Source: Klebsormidium nitens (Eukaryota; Plantae; Klebsormidiophyceae). From it: a DNA stretch of 64,000 nucleotides. The notes beneath the pieces are model-generated. The model did not search any database and was not told the origin of the DNA. It saw only the letters and a list, made by a program, of their open reading frames with translations. Both the position numbers and the translations under genes were made by a program. Of this stretch, positions 36,101 through 48,700 are shown piece by piece. Position 1 is the first letter of the stretch; each line of letters begins with the position of its first letter. The DNA lies in the NCBI GenBank assembly GCA_000708835.1, contig DF237139.1:90606-154605 (forward strand). The letters are read 5' to 3'.

Positions 36101-37668
36101 GCATTTGTGCAATCGCATGGTCTCTGCATCTCTAGAAGCAGACCTCGAGTGTAAGACGTGCAGGCAAAAAGGAAAAATCAACATTCCTTGTTCATTTCGC
36201 TACCACACCCAACATGTCGTCGTTCAGATGAAGCGTGCCATGCCTAACTGTGAGTGCCTGATGTAGAAGTTTCAAAACTGCGTCTGAGGGGTCAGCACTT
36301 TACCCCTGAACTTTGGAGGCTTCCTCCTCCCTTTCCCGACGAAGGCGATTAACAAACCTGCCATACAGTTCTTCGGCCGGCCCATCTGCATCGCATCACA
36401 CTACCGGCATATATTAGGAAAATGAAAAGAATCATCGTTCTTGTCAACCAATATGCAAAGACGGAGAGGGCTGAGAACATCAGCGTTGATTCAGAAAGTG
36501 AGGACCTATAATCTGGACAGGGGACTATACAATCTGAAGGATGTAGCCCTTTCCCCAGATTTGCTGCAATTAATAATGAGTTCACGAGGTGCCAGTTCAA
36601 AAGTTGTATGGCACTTCATCATCAGCAGAGGCATGCTTGATAACACCTTTGAAAAGAAGTGCTGTCAAGAGAGAGAAGTCTGTTTAGATTCAACATAGGC
36701 TACTTCTTTCCAGTTCAATGCAAGGACTGAAGCAACAGATAAGAACTTTATCACAAACCAACCTCCGGCAGGTTTGCAATATTCCCATGTAGGTTTTGCT
36801 TAGTGGAGTCAGAAGCGTTTCAGAGAAGAACAGTGAGCAACTCACAATGATCAGCCATGTCAAATGTTGTAAAACCCTTGTCTGCATGCTGAATCATGCT
36901 GTCGACAGCATGCTCCGGGTTGATTCGGCCCCAACCCCTGCAGGCAAAAGCTACTAGCTATTGAGGATGTGGTTGAAGTTCAGACTCTTCTGTGAAGACC
37001 AATAGGATCACTTGTCATCAAGTTGACGGCCAAGGAAAGTTGTTTGACTCGTTGATTTTGGCCCCTTTCAACTGGGCACTGACTCCTTTTCCCTTTGTCC
37101 TTCTAACTTTTGTGACAATCAGCCAACCACTTAAACTAAATGAAAGGGAACTGAAAGAGGGTCCGGATAATTACGGGTAATTGACAGGAAGCAGAGAGTG
37201 GCGGAAGAAACTTCATGTCTTACATAAAGAGATTTCCTCTCACCCGCTTACTTGCCACATGCCGTTGACCAGACGTGATATCTCCAGCTTCATTCCATCG
37301 TGACCCCCCACCGAAACTGTTTCAGCGCTAGCCAGCCGTGCTTCAGCAGGCCCTTCGTAACCTGCTCCAAGTGAGCAGCATATTCTCACAGAAGGGAGCA
37401 GAGCGGCCTCTTTTCTCAACAATGTGCATTGCTTTCGCCGCAGCACGCTTGAAGCTGGATATGACTTTCCACGAGCTTTCTTTACTATGCAGTCTGAGCG
37501 CATTCTGAAGGGGGTTCTGCAGTGCTGGTATACATTTGCTTGTGCGCAGAAACTTGTCAGCTGACGGCTCTTCTCAAAAGAAGCATGTGAGCGGTCTTCA
37601 AAGCCGGTGGACAAGGACCCAATTGGAATTCTGGTTGGGGACAAGATATTTGTGCTGGAGAGCGCCAT
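33138..37668 (-). CDS. Aldo-keto reductase family protein (plant NAD(P)-linked oxidoreductase, 'radial spoke protein 5-like' type) with probable plastid transit peptide. Exons: 37668-37244, 36937-36846, 36385-36304, 35986-35870, 35355-35291, 34941-34853, 34609-34530, 34215-34101, 33838-33719, 33323-33138
   Basis: GMWQVSGGWG, GFTTFDMADHYGPAEELYG, LTKWVP, LDMMQFHWWEY, SLTNFDT..SNQVQHSLVDMRP, YGTVMGGLLSEKYL and GDCGDEYR. Phases consistent. Confidence 0.9.
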
Positions 37669-39607
37669 TACGTCCAATCCGCTAAGCAGCCCTGTTCATC
37701 GTGTTAGCACTCAAAGTCCTCTTTATCTTCAGAGAGGAGTGTGGTGAAAGCAGTAAGGAGCCACCAACAAGCTCCACGAAAACCAGCCTCTGAAAATGCT
37801 GCTTGCGAGACCCCTGTCAACAGGTTGCTGCTCACATTCAATGTCAGAGATATACTTCTTTCATGAGGATTGCATTTGGCCATTTGCATGCACAGGAAAT
37901 GTGGGCGGCCAGCTGAATGCAGCTCACAGTCTCTATAGAGGGCCCATCATCATTGTCATTGAGCTGTGAACTTTGTATCTGAGTCTTGCACTGCTCCAGG
38001 GCCCGGGGGGTAACAATGTTAACACTAACATCGGGTTAGAAGGAATCCCAGGTCGACCATTGGGTTAAAAGTTCTGTTTCTGAAATGTCGGTTCATTCTG
38101 CAAAGGACTTTTTACCCGAAGGAAGGCAAGCCGTTCTTTGGTTCTGCAAACTGTATGTGCCAACGTCAACGCTTCTGAACCCAGGTTTGTGTACCAACGA
38201 AGTGCGTACATGGTCGGGACTCGGTACAGAGCAGAGGGAGCCCCCACTGCCAGGCGTGACAGATCTGGCTCCATCATCATGCATATGTTGCATATGCAGC
38301 TCAGAGATTTGTGCTGGCACAAGGTGCTGCATCTGGACAATTTGTCACGTCTGTGGAGTCAGGAGCGCTCATCCTTCGAAGTTTAGCAGGGCAGTATTCT
38401 AACCTCAGAGATCTTGACAAATAAGGCAAGCAGCCTGCTACTTATCTCAGCTTATTGGCTTAATGAGGCCCCTCGGCCTTGCTACGGGAATGTACTGAAA
38501 CAATGTGGGGGCACCCTTGGGAGTTTGCACCAAATATCATAGCGTTCCTCACTAAGCACGGGGCAAAGGCAACGGACATGGCAGGCATGGCAGTGAGCAT
38601 CGTTTGAGCGTTAGCTTCCAAAGGTGGCAGCTTGGACTGGACTCCATCTGGGAATGTGGTACCAGGTTTTCTGAAGCCCTCAGGGTGCTGCCACTAAGCA
38701 TTGGAGGGTGTTTGAGAGACTCTGCAGAAGAAAAGTAAGCCATGTTGTCAGCTTCTTCTGGGGACAGCCTCACCATCAGATCGAGAGTACTTTGATTCCG
38801 TAGTGCGAGTCGAGATAGTGGTTATACAGTGGGTGCTCACCTCCCTGCAGCAACAAGAAAAGCACTATTTTTGACTATAGAGTGTTCCATCACAATGAGC
38901 GCTAGCCTGGGCACGGATGTACTAGAGAGTGGTAGGGCAGTTGTTCATTCTAAGTTTTGGGAATCGAAGACAAGGTGGACCTTTTGCCATACTTTTACCA
39001 TCCATGTGTGGAGGCTAGACCATCCTGCACTTTAGAAACTTTGTTCATCTAGAATGTTTTGTTACACAAGAAACCATTCAAAATGCCATGACAATTCACA
39101 CTTACCCTTTCACAGAATGTTGGGTCACGACGCTTTTCAGTGGAGTTACTGACCAGGGCAGTGCCCCTAGAGGCACTAGACTGGTAAAACGTTTTGTCCA
39201 AATCTCATCATTGTAGCTTTGGTCAGCACTGACCCAGCCTGGATCCTAGACCTGCACCTTACTATCCACAAGTTCAAGCAAGTCTCCTCTGTCGGCAAAG
39301 CTTGATGAAGTGGTAAAGCAGCAGATTGCAGTGGCTGCCTGCTCCCCTCAGTATACAGTCTGCATTCATGTGTCTTTATTGAGCATCTCACACACCTGCT
39401 GAACCACCTTCTCAAGGCATCCCCATTGAACGTCAATCCCTGCATCCCAACTGCGTTCAATCACCTCTGCATTCAATATCAAGGAGAATCGGGGCTGTTG
39501 AGACACCAGCAGACTTCAAGAAGCAGAACAGATTGCCTTCTTGTAGTTCTAGAACCTCACCATTCTCTTAGCAGGGATCGCCTTCCTAGGCCGCCGCTGA
39601 CATCAGC

Positions 39608-42600
39608 ATGATGCGGGCCAAAAGAAGGGCCCAATCACGGCCGTGGGAGCTTCTCCTGCTGCTCTGCTCCCTGTCTGGTCTTATTCACACCTCAGCGGCT
39701 GAGTCCAGAAACAGTCAGCTTAGACACGGCCGGATTTTGGCTGCTGCTCCTAAGTCCGCTCCTGCCCCCTCTCCAACGAAAGCACCCGGCTCTGCAAGCA
39801 GCAGTCCCTACCCGTTCATGCCTGCGCTCTTTGTGTTTGGTGAGCCTCGTGACAAAAATCCTGTTGCGCTGGGGTTGCAATAGAAGTGTTGGCCCCATTG
39901 TGTGGAAACCCTTGGGTAGAAGTGATGGAGCTTTCTCAGGGGAAAAGTGGGGTCTCAAGTATCTGCATTGCTTGCATGTTATAACAGACCATGGAGCTTC
40001 AATGCAGGTCAAAGGTCGGATCTTTGACAAAATTTCTCATGTTTAGAGGATCTGACATTGGCCCAAACGGGGCAGAGATCTGAGCGACACCGTCAAACAT
40101 CAGGTGCTGACTGCAGCCATGGTGTTTCTGCAGGTGACTCCTTCGTCGATACAGGAAACGTGTGAGTCAGCGACCCGCTCTTTGATGCAAAATTTGTATC
40201 CTGTGATGTTCTGCAATCTGCTTATGTAGGGTAAAATTAGTCTGAGAGTGCTTATGTCTTGGTTGTGGATGGTTGCATCTGCTTGAGAATCATTTCAATC
40301 AGGACTTCCCGGCATTTTGTTGAGTACAGTGTCGGCCCCACTTGTTGCAGTGTGTTGTACGTTAGCCGCTGAAGACTGTGTCTAAGGAGCAAGAGCTGGG
40401 CAAGGAATAAGAGCACATTAAACGTAGAGAGCAAGCAACAGTTCTAACAGATACCTCTATGGAATACCTGATCTTGATAAAGTCAGCGCTCGCTCAGTCT
40501 GTCTGTGTCTCGCTGCTGAGACAGATTTGTATAGTCCCTCTTTGGCTCTTCATTGAGTGACTGATTTGTTTCTCTGCAGGCCCTACCTCACCAAGCAGGG
40601 GGCACCCTTCCCATACGGCACCAGCCCCCGAAACGAGTATGTTGTTAGGTGAGCGACATATCTGCACCGAAACTTTGACCGTTTATCATGGCGCGTTTGA
40701 TGAAACTCAAGCCAAGGTCTCTCCCCTGGGGTTCCTCGTTTTAGACTGTCTCTCCTCATTTGCAGGGGCGTCCAGATGGCTTCCATGTCAACTGACCAGT
40801 AGCTTACGCCTCTGAATGTTGCAATTATTCACTATCCCTCTCGACCCTCGTGTCTTTGAGCAGTGAAGTCTCGTTGCCGCATGTCGAAGAGTGTCTTGTC
40901 AGCAACTCTCTTCACACGTTGCAGCGGCACTGTCTGGCCGGCTGCGCTGACCTGTGCTCTCGCTTCCCTTTCGGTTTGGTGGCCGTCGTCTCGAAGTCGC
41001 TTGCCTTCTCTTTTCATGACCCCCTCGGTTTTGCTACTCGAAAGAAAAGCCACCACCCCGACACCTCAAAGAAGCTACTCCTGACAGCAGCCAACGCGCT
41101 TGTATTAGTTCAACACTGCATGCTGAAACACGTTGCTCCCCCTACCCCGCGCAGCGGCCGCTTCTCAAACGGCCTGATTTTACCCGACTACCTGTCCCAA
41201 ATGCTGGGCCTGTCGGCTCTCTCCCACCCCTTTCTGGAACCGAACGCGAGTTGGTACTACGGCTGTAACTTCGCCTTCTCGGGAAGCGGGGCGCTGCAAG
41301 CGGGCACCAATCCCGGACCCTTGCCGGAGCAGGTCAGGATATAGGTCAAGCTCAACCTTTTTTGCTTGAGGTTCCAAGAAAGTAGCTGCCTGTTGCTAAC
41401 ATTTGAGTCTGGACTTGAATCCAGCTCCGCAGGATCTTGCCTTCGAGGACGAGACCCAAGAGAAGGCGTGTGATGATCTTACGAACCCGTCGCATGATCA
41501 ATTCTCGAGACTTGTGCTCGGCAGCTGGTTCGATGAAGGTTTGGCCTAAAACCCTCTCTGCAGACTACGGCTTTCAAGGACTTTGTCGGCAATGCGACGC
41601 TCTACTGGCGGAACGTCCAACAGTCTGGCTTCTCTTCCGAGCTGTCCGTCGTGCCCCGGTACCCAAGGCCCGAGTTTTTTGCGGGCGGTTTGTACCTGAT
41701 CGTGATCGGGGCGAACGACGTGCTTCCCATCCGGGGAAACATGAGCATCGTCAATGACGTGGCAGCGTCTCTGCAGTCCACGCTTCAGGTCAGAAATCAA
41801 ATCCTTCTTGTGTCAGTGTCTGGTGAGATCTCTGCTGAAATAGATAGGAGCCTGGTTGCAATGACCTCTTGCTTCTTGTGTCTCCGAATGGACCCTAGAA
41901 ATGGTCAAGGTCGACTGGTTCAAAACCTGAAGGAAAAACCATCGTAAAAAGGTGATTTTGAGCAAGCAACGCATTTTCCAAAAGTTCTCGTTAAAAATTT
42001 GTGACGGAAGGTAGACCATGATACAAGCCTTAGAAAGCTTTTTAATGATGTTTGAAAAAGCACGTTGCTCTCAACCAGAGCCCGGATTTGGATGGACCGT
42101 CGAAAGCTTTCAGATCCCATGTTTCACATCCTCCGTACTCCGTCTCTTGAGTCTGATAAAGATCTCTGCGTGAAAGAGTTGTTGCATATTGACATTCGCC
42201 AGACTTCGAACCGATCAAATCAAATATCCAATTTTCTAGGCCGCCGCGGCCATGTACAAACTACTGTGACGCGACATCGCGCTGTTTTTCACGTTCCACT
42301 CCCTTTTGGCGAGGATTGAGGTTTCCTTCGTTTCTGACTATGTTCCATTTGGTGAGTGAATCGTATGTGAGGTCCGCAGATCCGCACCCTCCACTGCAGA
42401 CCATCTACAATCTGGGCGGCCGCAACTTCGTCGTGGCCAGCCCTATCGACTTTGGCTGCATCCCATTCGCGATCAACGGCAACAAAGGCTTTTGCACCAA
42501 CTGGGAAGAAGCCATCTCGTCAGCGCTCGGGGAAGCCTACCGATCTCTGTTAGCCTCTCTTCAAACGAAGCTATCGGGCGCCACGTTTCTGTACCTCGAC

Positions 42601-43613
42601 TTGTACAATTTGACACGGACCAACTCGTCGAACGCACAGCCGCTTGGTGAGCCGCTCTGCGATTTCGACCTGCTTCCGAACGTCGGACCTAGTCTGCAGA
42701 CCGAGGATCGCCACCGTCCGAAGTCTCTAGCATCATCTTTAAGCCCAGCAACTGCAGCGTAGAGAGAAGGGCACCGTCCGAATTGAACTTACCGCGCATT
42801 TGATCCAAGCCATCTTAGGATACGCAGCTATTCTGTTTCTCTCAGCGCTGTCACCTCAGCCAGCGCTCCATATCGCGGATCAGTTTCTTGTAGGACGTCT
42901 TTGTGCGGTGTCCATGTGTATTCCATTTTGAGGAGCCGTCGACTGAAACATCCAGTGCATGAGCGGCGAAGTCGTTCGACTAGACTTTCAAGCACCATAT
43001 CTCAAAAATATGCGACCTTGCGTGCTCTCATCGCAATCACTTGGCAGACACGGTGACCGTGGCGTCCTTCGACGTAAAGTCAAAACCTTGTGATCTGGTT
43101 GCTTGCGAGCTTCCTGCCAGCAGGGCTCAATGTCGTCACTTTTTTTGCTCGACGTGCGAGAAGTCGAGCCAATGCTTTCCAGAAGTCTCCGAAGTCGGCA
43201 TGTAATGTCTAGATTCAAGCCTTGCTTCTAAGATATCCAGTCCTGTCCAACCCCGGGATGCCAAAATGAATCATAAAGCGCCTTTGTACAACCGGTCGTG
43301 TACGGGATTGACAGGAGATTGACAGTGTTCGTATGTGTTCTTGACAGGATTTCCGGAGCCCCATAGAGCCTGCTGTGGCGCCGGGGGCCCTGCGAATATT
43401 GACGCTCAGTGCGGTACCCCGCTTGCCACGTCGTGCATAGACCCAGGGAGGCATGTATACTGGGACAACATTCATTTCAGCACCGACTTCGCATCGGCTC
43501 TGGCGAGGGAGATATTTGCGGGGAATACATACATACGACCGAAGAATGTGATGCAAGCCTTTGTGCTGCCACAATTGGAAGCAACTTTCGCATCATTAGA
43601 AGGGCGAATTTGA
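39608..43613 (+). CDS. Secreted GDSL/SGNH esterase-lipase, copy A. Exons: 39608-39839, 40134-40161, 40580-40648, 41155-41332, 41564-41788, 42400-42646, 43348-43613
   Basis: Hydrophobic signal-like segment; block I FG|DSFVDTGN, block II GRFSNG, block III IGAND, block V WDNIH. Phases consistent. Confidence 0.93.
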
Positions 43614-45792
43614 CTGGTGAACTGACTTAACAGTGCTTTAATCTCAATTAATCCTTATGCTCTCAGGGCTGCAAGCCTCGAAACGCAATTAGGCCTAGTC
43701 CTTGCTGGTCCAAATTAGCGTTCTCCTAGGTGACCAGGAGGTGACCAGCTTAAGTTATCCTCAGGTAACTGGTGACGACTGAGTCAGCAGGATGTCTCTA
43801 CTCCTGATTAACAAACGAACGGAAAGGTTTGAACTGATAAGTTACAGGTGATTATGGTACTTTAATTGGGTCCCAACTCCTCAATCTTTAACTTTCCCCA
43901 TCAATCTCCAGGAGCACATGCACAGGATCTGTGTCATGCCATTCAAGCTCAATGAAACGGCTTTCATTGTTGGCGGTGCCGTAAATTCTTCTACAAACTA
44001 CCAATCTAAAACCAGTGTCAGAAGGGTCGAGCGCTTATGCTAACTCGACCCTCCTATCAAGACTGGCGCACTAGCTGGGCATGAGCTGTTTGGTGCAGGT
44101 ATGGCAGGCTTCCAGTCTGCCATTCCCATGTAAGGATCACTGCAGTCATAATATTGCTAAAATAAAGTAAGATCGTCGGCGGATCTAGCTGACATGAGAA
44201 CATGCATACGTCAAGGGCCTAGCTGACATTGACAACGTATAGTAGGTATACCATCAGCGATTTAGGGTGATCCAAACCTGGTCAAAGCCCATATCGAACG
44301 TGACTACTTACGGTAATTTAAGTACGTACTTGTTAACGTTTGTCATGAAAGCTGACTCCTGACTCCTGAGCGCTGAGCGCTCAGTTGCAAGCGTGCCTGG
44401 AAGTCTAGGTACTCTGGAACTTGACACGTTCGTCATGCTACCACGTTAAACGGTACGTACTGACAAAAGTGCGTGTGTACTCAGCTATGTGCCTCCCTGG
44501 CTCCCAGCTGGCACGCTTTCCCCATGCTGCATGCGACCTACCTACTAAGTACCTAGCTACTGTATATCTGTTTGCGAGCTGCATAATTGCCACCGGTGCA
44601 TTATGGCCACCAGCTTTCAATCCGATCGATCACCGGTGCCCGCTTCCTACCGGCCCCCCGGCATTTTTACCCCCTGACCAGGCGGGAAAAGAGGGCCGGG
44701 CACAGATTTGGCCTGGGCGCCTGGCTATCTCTCCCGGTTTTAACAACCGGTGGGATGCCGTCGGCACCGGTGTATCACGTCCCTTCTTTGCCGACCCGGT
44801 CCAGGTTGCCGCTTCATGGCAAGGCCGGACTGGATCTTGCACGCATGATTTCATCAATCATGAGACTTCGATGATGCCACTGCACTGTGCAGTGACTGTT
44901 CCTAAAATGTCAGTAATGTCAGTACAGGGGGCGCTCTTGATCAAGAGACTACCTACCAGTACAGTAACCAGTACGTGTTTCATGGCGGTGGCCCGTGGCC
45001 CTGGGGCAGCTACAGACGTGGCAGCGTTGCCTCTGCAATTTGACAGAGAGAGAAAAGACTGTGCTGCTTTCGGAAATGCCTGCTGTTCAGCTTGGTGTTG
45101 TCTCTTGCTAAGCTAGCAAGACTAGCTGCAATAAGTTAGTAACATTGGTGGTGGCGCATCTTGGGAAGTTGTGCATCAAATGCTTATGGTCTTCCACATT
45201 GAGCTCGCGGCAGGGACATGGATCGAGGTATCGCAAAGAGCACCTGTTGAGCACTCAGGCGCCTCCAAAGTAGGCCGCTTGGACTGGGCTCCACCTCAAT
45301 CTCGGGGATCCCCTTCTTCAAAGACCTGAGCGTGCGGCCACTATGTCTTCCCCGGTATGCGACGAAGAAGTGAGGCTCTTTGTCGAATACTACTTCAGGG
45401 CAAACTCACAGTGTTTCGATTCGAATTCTGGATCGTGTACCTGCACCTTCTGACCTTCAATGCTTTGCTACAAAATTCAACCAAGTTTTTTGCTTCAATC
45501 AGCATTTCCCATCAGGTTTAAAATCAGTAAAAGAAAGCATGGGACTGAGTGTTCCTTCAGTGTAGTCCAGCTGCATTAAGATCTGCATTGAACACTTGCT
45601 GGACCACCTTGATCAGACACAACCCGATTGAGGCCAATCTTTTCGTCTCCAATCAAACCCAAGCAAAGCACATTATGATTTGAAGACCTCGATAGATCCT
45701 GAGACATGCAAACGCGGAAGAAAGCCTTTCACACCTGACAACTTTCCCGTCCCCTCTGGCAGGCAGCAGCTTCCACAACTGCTGATGTCAGC

Positions 45793-48700
45793 ATGACGGG
45801 GGGCAAAAGAGGGGCCCACACATGGGCTTGGCAGCTCCTCCTGCTGCTCTGCTCCCTGTCTGGGCTTATTTACACTTCAGCAGCACATAGCAGAAACAGT
45901 CAGCTCATGAGAGAGATCCAAATCCTTGCTGCAAACCCCAGCGTTGCTCCCGCCCCCTCTCCCGGCGACCTGAGCAGTGCCTACCCATTCATGCCTGCTC
46001 TTTTTGTCTTTGGTGAGCCCTATGGCGAAAGTCTGTGAATCCTATCTTGATTCAGATGCTGATTGATGGCGCCGGTTTGAGGAGAGCTAGTGGCAAAATG
46101 AGTGAGCTGAATTGCGGGGGGAATTGCCCAGGACTTGGGGTCTCGAGGGTCTGCTACTTTGGCATGACAAGAAGAGACTCTGGAGCTTCTATGCAGGACC
46201 TGCAAAAGGGTTCCTCATGTTCAGAATACACTGACGTGACAAAGGACCACATGGGCAGACAATTTTCAACTGCCCAGTACTGATAGCAGCTCCAATACCC
46301 CTTTGCAGGTGACTCCTTTGTCGATACAGGAAACCTGTGAGTGAGCAATCAGGCACTGTTTCGAAACAGTGACATCATGCTGTTTGCTTCTGCCAATAAT
46401 GTGCATGTGAGAAAACCTTAGCACGTGGATAGTCGCTTCTGATTGATAAGTACGTAAGACTCCCTGTATGTTGTCGCTTTCGTTCACACCCGTTGCAATG
46501 CACTGTAATTTAGCCACTGTAATTTAGTTGCTGAAACCGTGTCTGAGAATTGAGACCCTTGACCAATTTCAATCCGCAACTGGCTTGCTGCTCTCAGAGA
46601 GTTTTATATACGTCCCTTCTTTGGCCATCTCTACACTGGTCAATAAGCAAGTAATACGTATCTCTACAGGAACCTTTTCGTCAAGCAGGGCACCCCCTTT
46701 CCATACGGTCACGGCCCCCGCACCAACTACGTCATAGGGTGAGCTAGCCTTTGTAGGTTGATAACAAAGAAATCAATCGAGGTTGATCAACGGCTTCTTG
46801 TGCCTCGGATACATGGGACTCCAGTGAAGGCCTCCCCTTGAGAACCCTCGTGTCAGACTGTCTCTTCTTGTCTGCAGGGGCCGTTCAACAGCCTATGTTG
46901 CCTTAGAAATAGTCTATACCCGCCTCTGAGTGTCGCCCTCTGTGGATCATGCCTCTCCACTCTTCGCTCCTGAAGCAGTGCAGGTCTCGTCGACCTCATC
47001 GGAGAATTTTCCCTCGCACGTCTCAGCAGCATTCCGTGTTGCCAAATCGGATGTGCTGACATTGTGACGCTCTCGCTTTCTTCTTGTTTGCTAGCAAAGG
47101 GTCCCGCTTGTGTTCAAGGCGCTTTTCATCCCCCTTCCAATTTGTGCTACTCGAAAGCAAAGCCACCGCTCTGACAGCTCAAGGAGCCTATTCTGGATCG
47201 ATTCTACGCCCAGGAGATGAGAAGAGAACCTGCCTGGGACGGGTGTGGTTAGTAAGGGGGTTTAGTATGGGGACCGGTAGTACAGAGCGCATAAATACTC
47301 TGTACTACCGGTTTAGGGTCTTGGTAATAACCTCGTTCTTGCAGTTTTATGAGCCATTACGACTAGTCTAGGAGAGTGTCCTCTTTTCTCTTGCAGTGGC
47401 CGCTTCTCAAACGGCCTGATCTTGTCCGACTACTTGTCCCAAATGCTGGGCCTGTCAGCTCTTTCCACGCCTTTCTTCGAGCCGAACGCGACCTGGTACT
47501 ACGGATGTAACTTCGCTTTCTCCGGGAGCGGTGCGATACGGAGCACCAATCCGGGACCCTTGCCGGACCAGGTTAGCAAACGGGTTAAGATGAGTTCTGA
47601 GAGTTTCGTCAGCGCCAGAGCAGCCGCCTGTTTCTAAGGAGTCTTCACTTCCGGGAAACAATCTAAAAGATCTTCTCTTCGTACTTGAAGACGTTGCCTT
47701 TTGAGGGACGAATTTCGGAAACGTGCTTTCAGAAAGGACTTCAAATCTACAGCGCGCGAAATCAACTTTTTGCTCGGCAAAATGATCCTCCTTTTGCTTA
47801 GGAACCGTCCTCTTTCCTCTTTCCCGTCCTCTTTTTAGCAAAATTATCAATCTCGATATCTGCGTTCAGAGCCTCTGAGAAAGTATCTCCCTTTATTTTG
47901 CAACCCTCCCTACCGACCTTGCATCGCAAATTTATACTTGACTTAATCCGGAGCATGTGAATTTCATACGTCATAACATCTGGACCTTTTCATCGTCCTC
48001 CCGTATTGCGATTTCCTCGTCGTTCCCTTGTATCCTCCGTTGCTCTTTCCCCTTATTCAGAAGAGGTCTCTAACCAGCTTCTAACCAGCTTCGTCTGGTA
48101 GAAGTGCTTCTGATAACCGGCTATGTTGACGTATTTTCTCCTTTTGAGCTTCCTCTGCAGACCTTGGCGTTTGACAACTTCGTCAGCAACGCGACGCTCT
48201 CCTGGCGCAATTTCCAAAAGTGTAAACCCAAACCTAACCCAGGCTCTAAACCCTAACCATAACCCACTTCATACCCCAACGCCTGCATGGAAAGCCTGCA
48301 AACCACAACCCAAAACCCTCTCTCTGCAGACAACGGCATATTTGGAGAACTCCGTCAGAACAGGACGCTCTACTGCCGATCGTCCAGCAGGTTGAACCCC
48401 AACGCAGGCCCTAAGCCTCAACCCTAACCTTAACCAGACTGGGTCTAAAACCAAACCCCCAGAATCTTAAGAAACATCATCCAAAAACGCTCTCTTCGCA
48501 GACCACGGCGTTCAAAAACTTCGTGAGCGACGCGACGCTCTACTGGCGGAACGTCCAACAGTCTGGCTTCCCTGCGGAGCTTTCCGTTTTGCCCCGGTAC
48601 CCAAAACCGGAATCGTTCGCGGGCGGTTTGTACCTGGTTGTGATCGGGGCAAATGACGTGGTTCCCATCCAAAAGAACACAATTACTGTGAGCGACGTGG

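Noticed and set aside
37900-39500. Scattered short ORFs between the AKR and GDSL-A genes
   Set aside because: No recognisable domain and no supportable exon chain.
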